A stretch of DNA of 64,000 bases from Candidatus Omnitrophota bacterium (GTDB lineage: Bacteria; Omnitrophota; Gorgyraeia; Zapsychrales; Fredricksoniimonadaceae): positions 3,834 to 67,833 of the forward strand of contig JAUSEK010000015.1 of NCBI GenBank assembly GCA_030650275.1. The letters are read 5' to 3'. The translations under genes and the position numbers were made by a program. A model generated the notes under the pieces. The model did no database searches, was not told the origin of the DNA, and was given only the letters and a program-made list of their open reading frames with translations. Positions 27,001 to 42,000 of this stretch are shown here, piece by piece. Within the stretch, counting starts at the first letter, position 1. Each line of letters begins with the position of its first letter.

Positions 27001-30000
27001 ATTTGACTGCCCTTGGCCCAGGCATCCGCCAGCTCAAGAAAATCATCCGGGGTGACAAATGTTGAGATACCGGCAAATTGCTGCCTGGCCATCAGATGTC
27101 TTTGAACGGCATAAACGGCGTTCTTATGTTTCTCGTCCCGGGCAATATGGAAATTTTTTTCCTCGACCCTGCCGAGTTCATTCACATCCGTCACCAGAGA
27201 ATCCTTGAATTCATCCTGTTGATGGAGTTTGTTCAACTCCCGGATGACTTCCAGCACAAAAGCCATCAGAAGCTCTTTTTCCTCGTATTCCTGCTGACTA
27301 AGGTGGGCGGTGGAGCCGAATACCCCGCGGATCTGGTCCGGAGAAACCACATATCCATGAAATTCGTCAACAAGGACGTGGAAGATCTTGTTGTAGACGC
27401 TTTTGTTGTTGTTATCTTTGTAATCACGCTCGCGATTGAGGACAGCATCCTTGGCCAGGAAACGCAATTGCAAGCGCGCGCCCTCATCTCTGTCGACCCC
27501 CGGGATGGGTTTAGATCCAACTTTAAAAGCCTCCGGAGTTTCTGGATCATAAAGGAACTGGTATATGTCCACCCCTTCAGCTCTTAATTCCCTTAAAATA
27601 GACAATGAGAATTCATCGAACTTCTCAAACAGATCCGGTCGCAATGACCAATACTCTATGACATCGCCGGCCTTCAAATTGCCCATCTTGACCCCAGCCA
27701 GAATACCGGTCAAGGCCGCGGCAGTCTTGCCGCCGCCTGTCTTAAGACCGCGCAAATTCCTGTATTGTGGATCAAGTATGGGCAGAACCGTCAGTACGCC
27801 AACAGCGATCTGTTCAGGAATGAGTTCATAACGGTCCTTGTATGCGAGGCGGCCGTTACGTTGGTGTATATCGACAACCTGCCTGATAATGTCGTCACGA
27901 AGATCATTATCCACAGCTGGGAACCCGTCTTTCTGGATCGCTTTACTGAGCGCATCTCTGATCTCCTGCAATTGTTGATCAGATATTCCCGGAGACGCCA
28001 TCATGGCCCGGTCACCGAAGGATCTCTGCTTTGCTAAGTACGCCAGCGCTTCCGCCAAAGCCCCCCTTTGGCTATCCCTGTCCGGATATATGTCCGCCTT
28101 GGGGATCTCTTTTCCTTGGTGCTTGACGATTCCAGTTCTGAAAAATCTGTCTACATCGATGTCCCTGTAACCACTCTGATAATCCTTAATTTGCTCCTCA
28201 ACGCCTTCAATGAGCTCCGGATCGAGCCTGCTCATATTATTTCCTGCGCCAGCGGCATAATTGTTTTGCAACAACAACGACAAATCTGTGCCGACTTTTT
28301 TATCGATGATTTGCCGCTCTTGGGGAGACAATTGCACCGTCATCGCCTTGTCGCCGACATCGAGCTTGGCCAAGGCGTAATTCAGGACCTCGACCTGATG
28401 ATTCTCATCCTGTATTCCTCTATCTTTAAAGAACCGGGTGATCCCGGGATCAGAAGCGTCGGATGCGGGCTTTCCGCTATAAACGATATCGCGATAATCT
28501 TCAATGTCCCCCTTCACGTCTTCCCTGATCGCGCCGCGGGCGATAAGAGCATCCGCCAATTCAGCCCGCTTCTGTGCTGTCATCGCCGCATAGACCACGG
28601 GCGCATTGGCATCGGGGACGACCGAAGGGGTGATGTCGGCCTTGGCAGTACGGCCAGCAGTCATCACATCATCAATAGTCACCTCGGACAAAGGTCCGAC
28701 GGTAGATGGTATGACCGCCGGAACAGGCATGGCAGGCACGGGGACAGCGGGAGCGATGTTCTCGATCTTCGGAAGCGCGGCAGGCGCCTGGACCTTGGAC
28801 GTTGAAGACGCGGCCCCTGTGACTTCTTGCCAGATCTCATCAACCGTGGCTGTTGCACCGGTTTCCTCGATCCATAAAGCAATATGACTCTTAACGATCC
28901 CAATGCCTTCAGCGTCCTTGCGTTGAGACGCTGCCGCGCGCACAAAGCCTACCAATTGCTCTCTGCCAAACTGGACCAGCACGCTTCCGATGAGATCTCG
29001 CACCTGTGTCCAGGATTCCCTGGTGACAGCCATCGCGAAGTCCCCTTCCTTCGCCACGAATTCGTCCACGCGGCCGTCCAAAGACAGCATCATGTGTTCA
29101 ATGAACATGGCCGGGTCTTGTTTTTTGCTCCAATATTGCGCTATGGTAAAGTCGTCATAGGCGATCATTGATTGATCAGTGACAGCCACGGCACTAACAT
29201 GAGTAGAAGAACCAACATTCGACGGCTGTTGGGCGCGCAAGGTCTCGGCAATGGAGACAAATTGTGGACCGATAACACGGGCGCGGAAAGACGGCCCTAT
29301 CTTGGGCAAACTCATCAGCGCCCTGTCTGGATCAGGGCTATTCAAAGCATTGGTGACCTCGGCAGGTATGGTCGCAAGTTCAACGGGCAGCAATGTTTCT
29401 TCAGGAGAGATGTGGATCTCGCCGAACCGTCTGGCTTCCAAAGATCTCACATACATCTCAAGGCTGTCCCTTTGGGTCCGCAAATCAGTGGCGTCTTTAC
29501 CGTCAATCTCTGCGTCGGAAAGCTCAACGTTAAGCCTATCCAGCATGTGGCGTCTTTCAGCCAACTGCTGGTTTTCCTTTATAATGGCCTCCCGGTCAAA
29601 GTCCGCGGCACGGCGATTGATGATAGCCATCCGGTCTTCGGGATGAGGATGGGTGGCCGGCCCGATCTCTCCGGGAACATAGTGAGTCATCGCTTGCACG
29701 AGCATGCTCCTCATGATGGATGGGGCATTCCCGGGACCGTAGAGGCCCGCCAATATATCCGTCGCCACCTGATCGGCCTTAAATTCCTGTTTCAAGCTGA
29801 ATTCGCTGAATGCCCTTGATTCATCCCCATGCTCTTTCTTAAATCTCTGCCAGTCCTGAAGATAACCGGTGATGCCGTGGGCGAGTTCGTGGGCGATAAA
29901 CGCATGGACTACTTTCGGGTCCATACCGGTCAATATCGGATGAAGCAAAATGGTGTTGTGTTGATACCAGGCAAGGTCTCCAAAATTTATCCTGATGCGC

Positions 30001-33000
30001 CCGGCCAATCCGGTATAACCAAGGTCTTGCGCGGCGGTTTTGACGACAGCAACGCTGTTTTGCAAAAATTTGATGGTCTGTTGTGGCCCCTTTTTCAGAT
30101 CAGCGAGGGTAATGAAAGAGCCATGATCGCGGGATTCAGCAGCGGCCATAGCTTGTACAAAAACCAATTTGAAATTATGCGCTCTCTGCGCAGAAGCGCC
30201 TCCGAGCATGGCGTGGTCAGGACGCGGCGTTGACGTATTCGCCAAAACGGCAGCATCGGCAACCTGTTCTTGAACATTGGGCCTGCGGGTAAAGGGCAAT
30301 ACACCGACAACCCTCTCTTTTAATTCCCATTTCCTTTGAATGCTGACGTTTTGCTGGTGACTACGCGTCCTGTCCTGTAAACCGATCAGTTCGTGTTCAA
30401 TGGCTTTGGAGATTCTGGACTCTCTGGTTTGTTGATCAATAGGCGCCCCGATCTCCTGTAAAAATCCCTCATTAAGATCGGAAGCTCCCGTGACAACGAT
30501 TTGATTATTCTTTTCATCCGCATAGCCGGCGGGAACAGAACTTCCCATCTTGTGGCTAAAGCGGATGCTCTCCAGATAAGAAAGCCCCGTGTCCGGATTT
30601 TCAGTGAATAATTCTTCCTGCCGATCCAAATATTCTCTCATGGATGCCCTTGTGCCTTTCGCATCCAAATCGGGCAACGCGACAACCGAAACATCCCCCT
30701 CCTGCTTGACAGGGTTAAGCGCGGTCGCGATCAATCTTGCGTATTTACCCTCAGCATCATGTTTCCTGAAATAGGCAGCGGCCAAGTCCAAAGCACGACG
30801 ATAAGCCGCTACCTTTGCGTCATCCGGGCTGACGCTTCTTAAATCCACCAATGTGCCGCGCTCTTTGCTGACTTGAACGTTATAATCCTGCCAGCCGCCC
30901 ACATGCTCGTCGTTGTTGACGATCTGCGACGCAATGAATTTATCCCAGCGATTGGCCCCCATGCTGCGGACCTTTGAATTGGTACGCGTGATGGGCACAA
31001 CGATCTTTCCGTTCTCCTGTTTAAGGGCGCCCAGGACAATGCCGGCTTTGATCAATCTCTGCGGGGTCCAATACGCCAGGAATTGCAGCATTTTCTCGGG
31101 ACTATCAAATTCTTGCTTGGCCTTATGCGGCGCTTCAAAGAATTGTATTGCCTTGATGCTCGCCCCGTCTTTCTTGTGGGCAACATCCACGATCGTCAAA
31201 TTGTTCCTGAACGCATCATATTGATACGGCCTGAGCTGGACGAGCCCTCCTTCCGCCACAGGAGAGGCCTGCAACTTGACAAGCCCTTTCGTGATCTCTT
31301 CTTCATGTCCGGCATAATTAACGAATTGACCGTTGATGGTCAGAAGTTTTGACTTGAATTCCGCCTGCAGACCATGCTTTTTCTCATCGCCGGGCTGATA
31401 GACCATTGTCAAAAGTTTGAGATCGTTGGCTATGAGCTCCTGATGGCTGTGGCGGGTTTCGGAGACGGCTTTCACATTACCTTGTTCATCCTGCTGGAAG
31501 GTCAAATAACCGTCAAAGAAGCTCAGCGGCACATTCACGGCAGAAAGTTCATACCCACGGGCCTTGGCCAAATCAAAACGGCCTTGGACGTTGGCCTCTC
31601 TCACCTGCCTATCGGCTTCGGCGGCGCGTTCAAAGGCAGCCCTGCGGGTCCTCTCGGCGGATTCGGCATAAACAACACCGGTATTCATGGATCGCGCCTC
31701 TTTCTGCATGGCCTCCGCCACTTCCAACATGGCCTGGTCAAGATTGTCCTTGGCGTTCTGTTCGTTCGCAGTACCGACGGCCTGTTCATATTCTTTTTGT
31801 TTGCGGTCCAATTCAACTTTCTCGCCTTCAGTCAAACCCTGGTCATGGGCCGAAACCACCCATTCGGCTTGACCGAGAATACGGCGGCGGGCCAAGGCAT
31901 CCGTAATACCGACACGCTGGAGGGCCTGCAAAAGGTCCGCCTTGGCGGCCGCGTTGCCCAGAATGAACCGTGCTTCAATGGGAACGGCTTCCTTGCCGAA
32001 GACAGGATTGACATAACTGGCAATGTTCGAACCGTCGTAGATCTGGCCGATAATGATCTTCTTCTTGAATTCTTTTTCGCCACCGGAGGCCTGGTATGCC
32101 TCCTGCTCCTTGCGCAACTGCTCTTCCAGGGCCTTGGCCTCAAAAGAATTGCGGACATGAATGATCTCAAAACCATTGGCCTTGGCCCAATCAGCCAGCT
32201 GGTTGTGAATGGCATCGCGGACCTCAGTGACGTTATGCGAAAAGATGATGACCTTGGCTTTTGCGTCCGCCGCATTCCTCTTAATGGCGTTAATGCCGGA
32301 TTCAATGGAATTCTTGGAGTCATAAATAAACCGCACGGTCCCGCCCAACACATCTTTGATCTGGACTTCAGGCCGGAGTTCAATGATGTTCATGTTCAAA
32401 TCGTTAATGAACGTCGAGCGAAAATCACGCGCCGTGGCGGTCAATCCTATGAACGTTCCGGCCTGTCTGATGACATCCGCATAGGAAGTCCCGCCTTTTT
32501 TGTCAGACAATGTATTTTCATAATAAACGTCGTCGGGAGCGTCATGGAGCACCGCGAACATGCGTGCTCTGGCGTTCAGACCCTTACCTTCATCGCCAAA
32601 ATGAGTCCTGCGCAGGGCCACGCCTTCACGCATGTCCATGGTCTCATAACTCAACATACGGCCCTGGGCATCTCTTTCTGTGACACGCGCTTTGTTGCCC
32701 ACAATGGCGTTGACCGCCGCGTCAATGAGCTTACCCAGCTTTTCATCCGCCTCTTTAGCATCATAATATTGGCTGTCCCTGAATGTCTTGTCGGATCTCA
32801 ACTGATCTGTTATCTGCTTTTTGACGTCACTACTCACGGAATACTCATAGCGAGCGTCCAGTCCTTTATACTTATTGCCCCCCATGACTGGCTGGTCGTA
32901 GGTCTTTCTGGTCACAATGCGGTTGCCGTCTTTATCCACCATGCCGCCTTTACGGCCGATGAAATCCATAACCTTCTTTATGATCGCTGTGTCGTGGGTC

Positions 33001-36000
33001 CGGGCCTTGGCGACTTCCGCCTGTTCTGCGGCAGACAACTTAGTGAATGCTTCGCGGCCTTCTTCAGCCATACGCAAAACAGGGGACAATAAACCGGCCT
33101 GCGGTTCATCCCCAATCACAAAAGTGCCTTTGAACTTCCCTTGTCTTGCCAGCATCTTGGATTGTTCAATGGTAATGACGTTAATGCCGGGTTTGAAATC
33201 GTGTTCGCTGAGATCTCCGGATTCAATGGTATGATGCATGGCGTCTCGGGCAACCTGCTTTTCAGCTTGGGTCAAACGGTCACCGGTTGCCGTCACTAAC
33301 TGCTCCACTTCCTTGGCCTCAACAAGCTCGAGGTCTTTTTGTTCAGGAGTAGTGTCGCGCAAAACACGCTCGATCTTTTCTGCCGAATGATTGACCGTGT
33401 CAATGTCCGCTGTATCGAACGCCCCGCTTTTGTCCGCCGATATCCTGTCAAAAATGGCTTCCCCTATGGTCTTGGCGCCATGCAGGCCGACCTCAATGCC
33501 TTTTTGTTTGGCAAATTCCTTGATGTAATCTTCTATTTTGGCTTTATTGACGGCATAGTTCTTTTCAGAGGTGATGAACACAAACTTCTCGGCAGGCCTC
33601 TTGCTGGCTATCTCCGGCAACAGAGGAAGCATGATGGTCGTCTTACCGCCGCCGGCAGGATCATTGAAAATAACTTTGGCGCCTTGACCGATCTCAAATA
33701 TGTGCTGTGCCGACAAACCGAGTGTCGCCTGTGCAACGTCAAAATCAAAGATGTGTCCATTTGCGGCTTTACGGTACGCCTCGGACAAAAAGCTTGTAGC
33801 ATACGCCTTCTGGCGGAGATTCAATTCCGACGAAGTTTCGATCTTTGCTCTTAACTCAGTGAATTTGGCTTCGGATAAACGTGTCGGATCAGTTGGCCGT
33901 ATTCTTGTCCCCTTTTCTCCGGTCAATACATCGTTGAACACGCTTTCTACGGCCTGCGCTTCCCGTTCATGTCGGGCCTTAAATGTCGGCTCATTGATAC
34001 GGACGGTGTTCAGGAAACGATTGTACCCTTCACCTAATTTTGGAACGAACGCCATCCGACGGAATGAATTCCATCTGTCGGAAATACTGCGGACAAAATC
34101 ACCGTTCTTTAAAGTGCCTATAAATCCGGGTTCACGGGCGGGTACTTTGGAAACTGGCTGGGCTATGAATGCTTTGTCGGGTCTTGGTGCTTCAGCGGGT
34201 CTGGCAACGGTGGAGGGTTCGCGGGTTTCCTCACGGCGAGTATCAACCGAATTGTTGTCGGCAAACATCTGGACAGAATTGGAAAGGCGGGGGGCAGGCG
34301 GCGCGCGGGAAGGCGATTGTTCCAACGCCACTTCGCCGGGCCTGCGCACGGCATCCGCGGCGCCCGGGGCCTGTAAAACACGCTCAGCATAGTCATGCGT
34401 AGACATACGGTTTAACCCGTCCATAACTCTCTGGCCTTCGGCGCCCTTAAGATGTCCATTGCTTGCTGCCTCAACCAACCCGAATGTAAGAGCTTCCGCA
34501 AACTCGTGCGACCCGACCTCGCCCCATCCCAACCCTGTTTCAGGACGAATAATCTGTACAACCCTCTTACCACCTTCCCTACCGAATGACCCCGCACCCT
34601 GGCTACCCTCCAGCATTTTGGCAGCATCAGGAGCAATATAGGTTGCAAGGCGCACATTGCCCTTTTCCCAAATGCGGGCGATTGACTTACCGTCAGCATC
34701 ATAATGCTCGATGACCTTACCACCGCCATTGATATCTCTCACCTCTGTCCTAGCAATACGTCCGCGCACTGTTTCAACGGCGCTGTCCACCACATGCTGG
34801 GTGATTGGAGTATCCCTAAAAGCAAAGGTGTCCGATGTTTTACTGATGCGGTAGCGCTGGAGATTGGGAGCTTGTTGCGCCAAACTTTTACCATCGGCCC
34901 GCGCCGCTAACCGAGCGTCATTGAGATTAGTATTCATAGGAGAATAAGAGACCCCTGTTTCTCCTTCTGCCACAACAAATACTCTTGGCATCTTTCCAGG
35001 AATTATCCAGATGTCCCCTTCTCTTGGGCTTTCCGTCGCGTCCAGACTCTGAACTCCCTGCCCTTCCAAGACACGTCTGCCAATGGCCTCCGTCACCTGG
35101 GCATCCTGGCGCGCCATCTCTTCAGTGCGGCCAGAATCTCTTATTGCCGTCCTATCTTTTGACGTCCGTTTATCCCGTCTCCCGAGTTCGGCAACCATAT
35201 CAGGCAGTGTCATGTTGACCAGGCGGGTTGCAGTCTCCTCTGCTGGGATCAGCCATTCTCTGGTAAGACTATCCGCTATCCAATGCTCATCACGGGCATC
35301 CAACGGACGCGGCCCTCTTTGAACCGACTGTTCAGACCTGGCTTCCGGGGCCCTCTGCGATGGGGTCTGGGTTCTGGCTACGGCAGGCTCGACGGCAGGC
35401 CTTGGCGCTTCAACAGCAGTACGCCCAGCAGCCTCACTGGCGGCCCTGCGCCTCTCCACTCTTGCATTTCTGGCATCAGCTCGAGACTTTTCTTCGAATA
35501 ATCGCTGGGATCCTACGATTTCAATTTTACCATCTGGACGTCGAACACTGCTACCCAGATACCGCCTTGTTTTCCAATTATAGTCTACGGTTTGAATCTC
35601 CCCCTCAAATGCATCTCCTCCTCTGGATCTCACAAAAGCCCTATCTCCTATCTGCCAAGGGCTCACCTTTTGAAATAACCTGTCCAATTGCGCTTCTAGA
35701 GGAGCCATTACGTCGGACGAGGTTTCTACTCTATCTAAAGCCTGCAGCCTGCTATGCAGAGTTTCAAATTCTGTTCTTTCTTCCGGAGTAAGACGATTTA
35801 AATCCAGTTCTTCTGACCGGGAAACCAAATCATGCAACCGTGGATCAACAACCGGAGTAGATGGCCGGGCAGTTGAGGGGGCAGGCGGCGCTGTTTCAAC
35901 AGCTGGTGCACTGGCGCGTGATGGAGCGCGGGCTGGTTCGACGATCCTGGCTGCAGAGGCAGGCCTTGCCGCTTCAGCAGCGATGGAAGATCTCGCGGCA

Positions 36001-39000
36001 GTGGCCGCTACTTGTTCAGCTTCCAATCTTGCTAAATTCCCCCTTGCTTCTTCTAATCGACCCCTCGCTTCAGCAAGACCAGTATCAGCTGCGGCAGATC
36101 TGACTTGGGCTTGCCTTAGGCGCTGTACCTTTGGCCCTAAGACATCCAATTGCTCTTGAAGTCTGCCGGCCTCCTGTTCTGCCCGCTCTCCGGTAAGAGT
36201 CAGCGTGCCCCCTCCTACACCAAGCTCAATTTCTCCGCTCCGGCTATATTTTGCTAATGTTTCGCTTATCGCCCGGTGGCTTTGCAGATCCTGGTCAGAT
36301 ACACCCTCGCTTGCTTTGTATAATTCCGCACCTTCTTGCCCACTTTCCTCCTGTGCGGCACCTACCTCACTTTGTCTTCGTGTAACTCTTTCCCGCATAC
36401 TATCCGGCGTTGCCCGTTCGTGGAACCTTGAACCTGTTGAAGGTTGGGCCGGTTCGACGGTCCTGGCTGCGGCAGGCCTTACATCGACAGGCCTTGCTGC
36501 ATCAGATGGTGTACCTGATGCGCGTCGGGCTGATCCATCGACATTCCTGACAAATCGACCTGCGGTATCATAGACCTTGGCTGTGGTCCCATCGGAGTTC
36601 TCAATAATCTGGGTTCTCCTGATGCCATTGGCATCATAATGTTCAGTGTACGTATATCCGTCGTCGTCCAGAGCTCTCATAACCTTGATCCTTAGTGTGC
36701 CTTTCTTGTCATGATAAGAAATTGTTTCCTCATAATCGTCCCTACCAGGAACTGAACTAGCGATCTCATCCAAAGATGCTGTATAGACTCCGGCAGGTGG
36801 TATGGACGCCTGCGGTGGACGAGCCTCAGGAACAACGGGTCTTGCCGTGGCAGCAGGCCGTGGCGCTTCAGCAGCAGCAGGCGGCGGCGTCATTCGAGGT
36901 GCGGGTGTGAGTTCAAAGCCAGGAATATAATGTTCGGCCTGCTGTAATTCATCTCCTTTGAGATCGGATCTCTGGGCAATGTCCCTGGCCCTACCAATTA
37001 AAACATCTGCGGCGGCGTCATTACCTAATCTACTTTCGGCATAAGCGGCCAATAAAGGATGTCTCCATTCATTAGGATCCAAATCCATCGCTTTTTGCGC
37101 ATGGTCTCTGGCTGCCGCGTGATCACCTGATGCATTGTCAATTCCACTGACTCGTGCATGAAGATTAGCCAAGTCACCGTTTGTCGCCGGGTCCTTGGCA
37201 TTGCCAGCCTTTTCTATCGCCGCCTTCGCCTGGTCGATCAGTCCCGTGTCCGGTGCGGCACCATCTTGCCTTTGAGCATCATGCTGTCTGATCAATGCAT
37301 CTGCATGCGACGCATGATACGCGCCATTGTTGGGATCTAAAGCAACCGCTTCTCTGGATAAAGCCGCCGCTTTGGCCGCAGACTCGGCTGTCACAGGCGC
37401 TGGTTTGGCCCCTTTTTCTACAGATGGCCTCAATAATTCGTTACTCTGCCGATGCGAAACCTGGGCCAAACCTTTTTTAGCATTCTCATTATGCGGATCC
37501 AGTGCCAATGTGGTTCTGTAAGATTCCTCGGCCTTAGCAAGATCGCCTTTACGGAAATATTGTGCTCCTTCAGCGGCATGAAAATCCCCTGGCAATTGCC
37601 CCGACGGTTTAAGCGGTAAACTCCAAAACGCAATGCTGTGGCTGACTTCATTATTTTTGCTCTTCACGTAATTTCCGACAAATTCAGCGGTATTCTCGGG
37701 AGCGATGCCCTGGCTCTCTGCCTGTTTCATTCCTTCATTGATCCAACGCTGCTGCAGCCCTGGCTGTCTTTCCAACCATCTCTGGCTAATGACTTGAACG
37801 ACGTCCAGTTGTGCGATTGTCGGCAACATACCATGAGTGCCTTGAGCGACCCATCTTAAAGCCTTCCGTTCCAAGTTGCTGATTCCGGGACTAACCAAAG
37901 CGCTCACCGGCAGTTGGAACACGGCCAAGCCGGGTCCTACACGGGAACCCAGCGGCATACCCCCGGCGAAATCGCTGATAAACTTTCCTGCCAAAGAAAT
38001 CTCCTGGCCTTGTGCGCCTTTATGCATGGGCTCAAAGGCCTCGACCCAATTTGCCTGACCATCCAAGATCTTGGTAACAGCCGCATGCGTTGGCACGCTT
38101 ATCATGCTCCATGCCGGCATAATGACACCGAAATCCGCGGCCCCGACAAGGGCAAGCCGCGGAAATATCATCGGATGCTCGGCAATATGTCTGATCCCTA
38201 TGCGGCCTAACGGATTTTTCGCGTCAATGGCCGCCCACTTACCGGTCTGGGCCCAACTTTGCATATACGGCCGCGCTACGCCCAAAGCGCTCACCAACCC
38301 GCCAGCAGCAGCCCCGAATCCAATGTAACCCCAGCGGTTTGAAAAGTCAGACCACTTTTGATCCTTGAGTCTGGGATCATAAAGAGAAACAGCATATCCG
38401 CCGGCAGCGCCTATGCCCGCGCCTGACAAAGTTTTTACAGCAGCACGTGCCCAGAATTCGCCTCCCTTAACACCAACTTTGACCTGACCGAATGGGAGTC
38501 GTAAAATTCCAGAGCCCGCGATGCCGCCCAACGCGGCGCCGGTAGCAGTGTATTTCAGGACGCCGCCGAAACTGCGATTAGAATCCCTTAACCCAAGCGT
38601 GAGCCCGCCCGCCGCGCCCAAGCCGGCGCCAACCGCAGACCCCTTAAGAGACAACAAGCGAGACATTGTGCCGCCTGCGTTTTGTTCTCCATTATAAGCC
38701 ACGTTAGCCCATTTAGGGATCGCCTGTAGCAAGCGTCCGGAAACAAAACCGATCCCGAAATCAGAAAGCCCCATCCGTCCCGAATAATTCGACCACCCCT
38801 TATTCGTTATGCCGCCCAAAACTGAAATACCGCCGTACCCCGCGGCATTGGTCCATGGCCTTAAAGCATTGACAGTACTGATAACCTTAGGATTTTTCGC
38901 CCACTGACCCGCAACTCCCTTGACCGCTTGTCCGCCAAACGATTTCAATACGCCATAAGCTGCCCCATACCCAAGGCCAATGCCAAAATCTCTTCCCAAA

Positions 39001-42000
39001 TGTGACAACGTAAAATAACTGCCTGTCGAATTATTGCTGTAAAAATCTATACCTCCCCTGACGCTGTTGACCACGCCGCCACCCGCTACGCTGGACAAAA
39101 CAGGAAACAATTGTGAAGAAGAAATCTTGGCTACCATAGAGCTCCTGCCCAACACTCCGACCACAGGACTTAAAGCCACCGACCCTCCGGCAAAGGCTGC
39201 CGTGAATTTCGCGTTCGACTGCGCGCCGCCGATAGCAGCGGCGACGAGTTCATAACCATTGAATCTCGCGCTGGGATCCAGCATATATTGTGCGGCATAT
39301 CCTACCCCGCCTATGCCGGCACCGATCGGGACTGCCCACGCCACGGCTTTGCCCACGCCTGATATTGCTTTGGCGGTTGTGCCCATCTGTGCTATTTTCC
39401 CGCCGGTGGCTATTTCTCCGATACCGGTCACCATCAACGCCGTTGTCACAATACCAAAGGGGGTGGGATTTGTTACGTCGATAGCGTCCAATGTGTTATA
39501 GGACAGCCCCGTCCATTTGTGTCCATATACCTTAAGGGTGGTCATGGAACCGTTGCCCCAAATACCATTGGAAAAAAGAGCGCTGATGACACCGTTTCCT
39601 GTGTGGTCCTGCGTTATTCCGTGTGCGGTGGCTATCCACGATGTGCCATCGGCCGTTTTAAAAGGTTTGGTAGTTTCTCCCTCAACAACATCTTGCAATG
39701 TATTCAAATCCATGACATTGATGTTCTTCTGGACATGCTGTTCTGCCTTGGCAGATGCTTGCAACCAAGAAATCCCCGCCATATTCACTGCCATCATTGT
39801 CGGGAACACATTATTGAGCGCCAAATCTGTCGCGCTTCCCGTCTTTTCTGTGATCACATAGTGATCGTAATTGCCGGCGATCTCGCGTTCCTGACCTGTA
39901 ACAAAGTCCTTGATCTTCGCGTTAGTGATCGTTCCGTCATGTGCGACGTCCCTTATGACCGACCGCAGAAGCTGGCGGTTATCTCTATCTTGTGAGTCAT
40001 ACAGATTCCGTACTTCGTGGACATCCTGAACTGGATTGCCTAGTTTGTCATAACCGCGGCTTGTGACTGTGCTGATACGTTCAACAACGGTGCCGTTATT
40101 ATTCAGAACGGCATTTTCCGGGATCACCCGTGTGGAGGGGTGCGCATCATCCACAACACCGATAACTTGCGCATCTCCTTTACTGTTCAAAGCAAGACGC
40201 ACATCCCTTTGGGGGACATAATCGGAAGACGCATTCAGTTCGACGAATTGTATGCCTGCTCCGCCGGTATCAGCAGTTATGGAGTTGTTATAGTCCTTTT
40301 GCAACGCATCGACCTTGGCTTGTGCCAGTTTCAGTGCGGTCCCGTCACCCGTGTCGTCAACATATTCCTTGGATACGGTCCTTCCGTCGCCCGTCTTTAT
40401 CTCGATCGCGTATTTCTTGCGCGAAGAGGTTTCCGTCCCGATCAAAGCTCCGTCCCTGTCAAAACCCACGTTCTGGATACGGTTTTCACCATTGCCTATA
40501 AATAAATTGACCACCTGTCCATCCTGGACTTCTCCTCCGGTGTATCGGATTTTATGGACCTGATCGGGAGATGCTTCGATCTCATTGCCATTCCTGTCTT
40601 GATAAAAGACCTTGCCCTCGTCATTCTTTTTTTCATACCCTGGGTAGGAGTCTTGGTCCCCCAGCCGTACAATGGTCTCTACGAACGTCCCGACCTTTGA
40701 CCCGTTCGCATAAACCACATCCTGACCGTTCTCATTCTTAACAATGGCTGCTTGATGGCGGCCGTCGTACATCAGATCCGTGGTTTGCGCGACAGTTCTA
40801 CCGTTGAGGTGTTCAATATTCACGTGGGCAAAGATGGAAACGGGCTTTCCATTACTGTCGAGGGCTTCCCTGCTTTCCCAATAGCTGCCTCCAAGCGATA
40901 CCCTGTCATGACCCGAGATGTCCTTATAAAAATACGCGTCCACTTTTTGACCATTGACGATCGCCTTGGGGGCGCTCACGTCCGTGGTCCCGTCTTCTTT
41001 GATGGAAACAATGTATTCAACCGGAACGCTTTCATCCGGCGGCTGACTGCGCGGAACAATGACTAGCTGGCCTTCTGCGCCGCGGCGGGTCTCCGGCGGA
41101 GCCAAAACGCTGGAAGGCAGTGAATCAATTTTATGGATCGTGTTCCCCCTAAAGCTGTCCGTCGGCCCCAAGACCATCTGGCCTTTATCATTGATGCCGG
41201 AGGGAATAAGGGCATAGCTCAATTGATCGTTTGTTGTGCCCACATTGAACAAACGTGTATTCGGGCCGTATGGGGATGAATTGAATTCCTGCCCTTCTTT
41301 CCCTTTGTATTTATCCTTGATCGTATTTCTGGAGCTGCTTTCCCCTCCGGCATTGGCTTGCTCTTGCGTAGACCCGCTTAACTCGGGATGAAGCAGCGTG
41401 CCTTTAACCAAATTCAAGGCATATTTGTTTCGGCCCTCGACGCTCACCAGCCGGGTACCGGATATGGCCGCCGTATTCTTACCAGTAATGAACGTGCCTT
41501 CAGCCGCGGGGGCAGCGGCCCAATCCCATTGCCCGTCTTGAGTGGCAGCCCTTCCATGCATTTCCAAATCTTTAAGATATCCTAAGACCCTGGCAGTTCT
41601 CTTGGTCTTCTCGTCCGTCTTCTCTATAACACCGGGCATATCGGCTTTGATCTCACGGTCGTCCGCCTTCCATCCATTGCTCCACCGGATATCTCCACCG
41701 GAATGACGGACGAGGAACATCCCATCTTGAGCATACGCGGACAGGCTTTCCGTATGATAATATTTGTTAGTAAGAGGATTTTCATTCGGCGAGCCGTCTT
41801 TATTCAACGCGCCGGTCTTCTCATTCGTCACCGGCAGAGAATTATCACGCGTGATCCCGCGCGCGTACGCGACAAATTCGGGATTTTCTTCGAGGCCGTT
41901 GGGTGTCAGGGCAACTCGTTGTATGGCATTACCGCCGGGAACTTTGTCATCCACAACGCTGAACGCCTGTTCGTTGACAACTTTCACGCCAAAGATATCA

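Noticed and set aside
31374-33092. Long plus-strand ORFs (572 aa here; also 8037-9026 at 329 aa, 17610-18539 at 309 aa, 20202-21116 at 304 aa, and dozens of shorter ones) across 1-48,368.
   Set aside because: They lie antisense to the verified minus frame-2 reading frame. Their translations are low-complexity and Arg/Gly/His-rich, as is typical of GC-rich shadow ORFs. None shows a recognisable domain.
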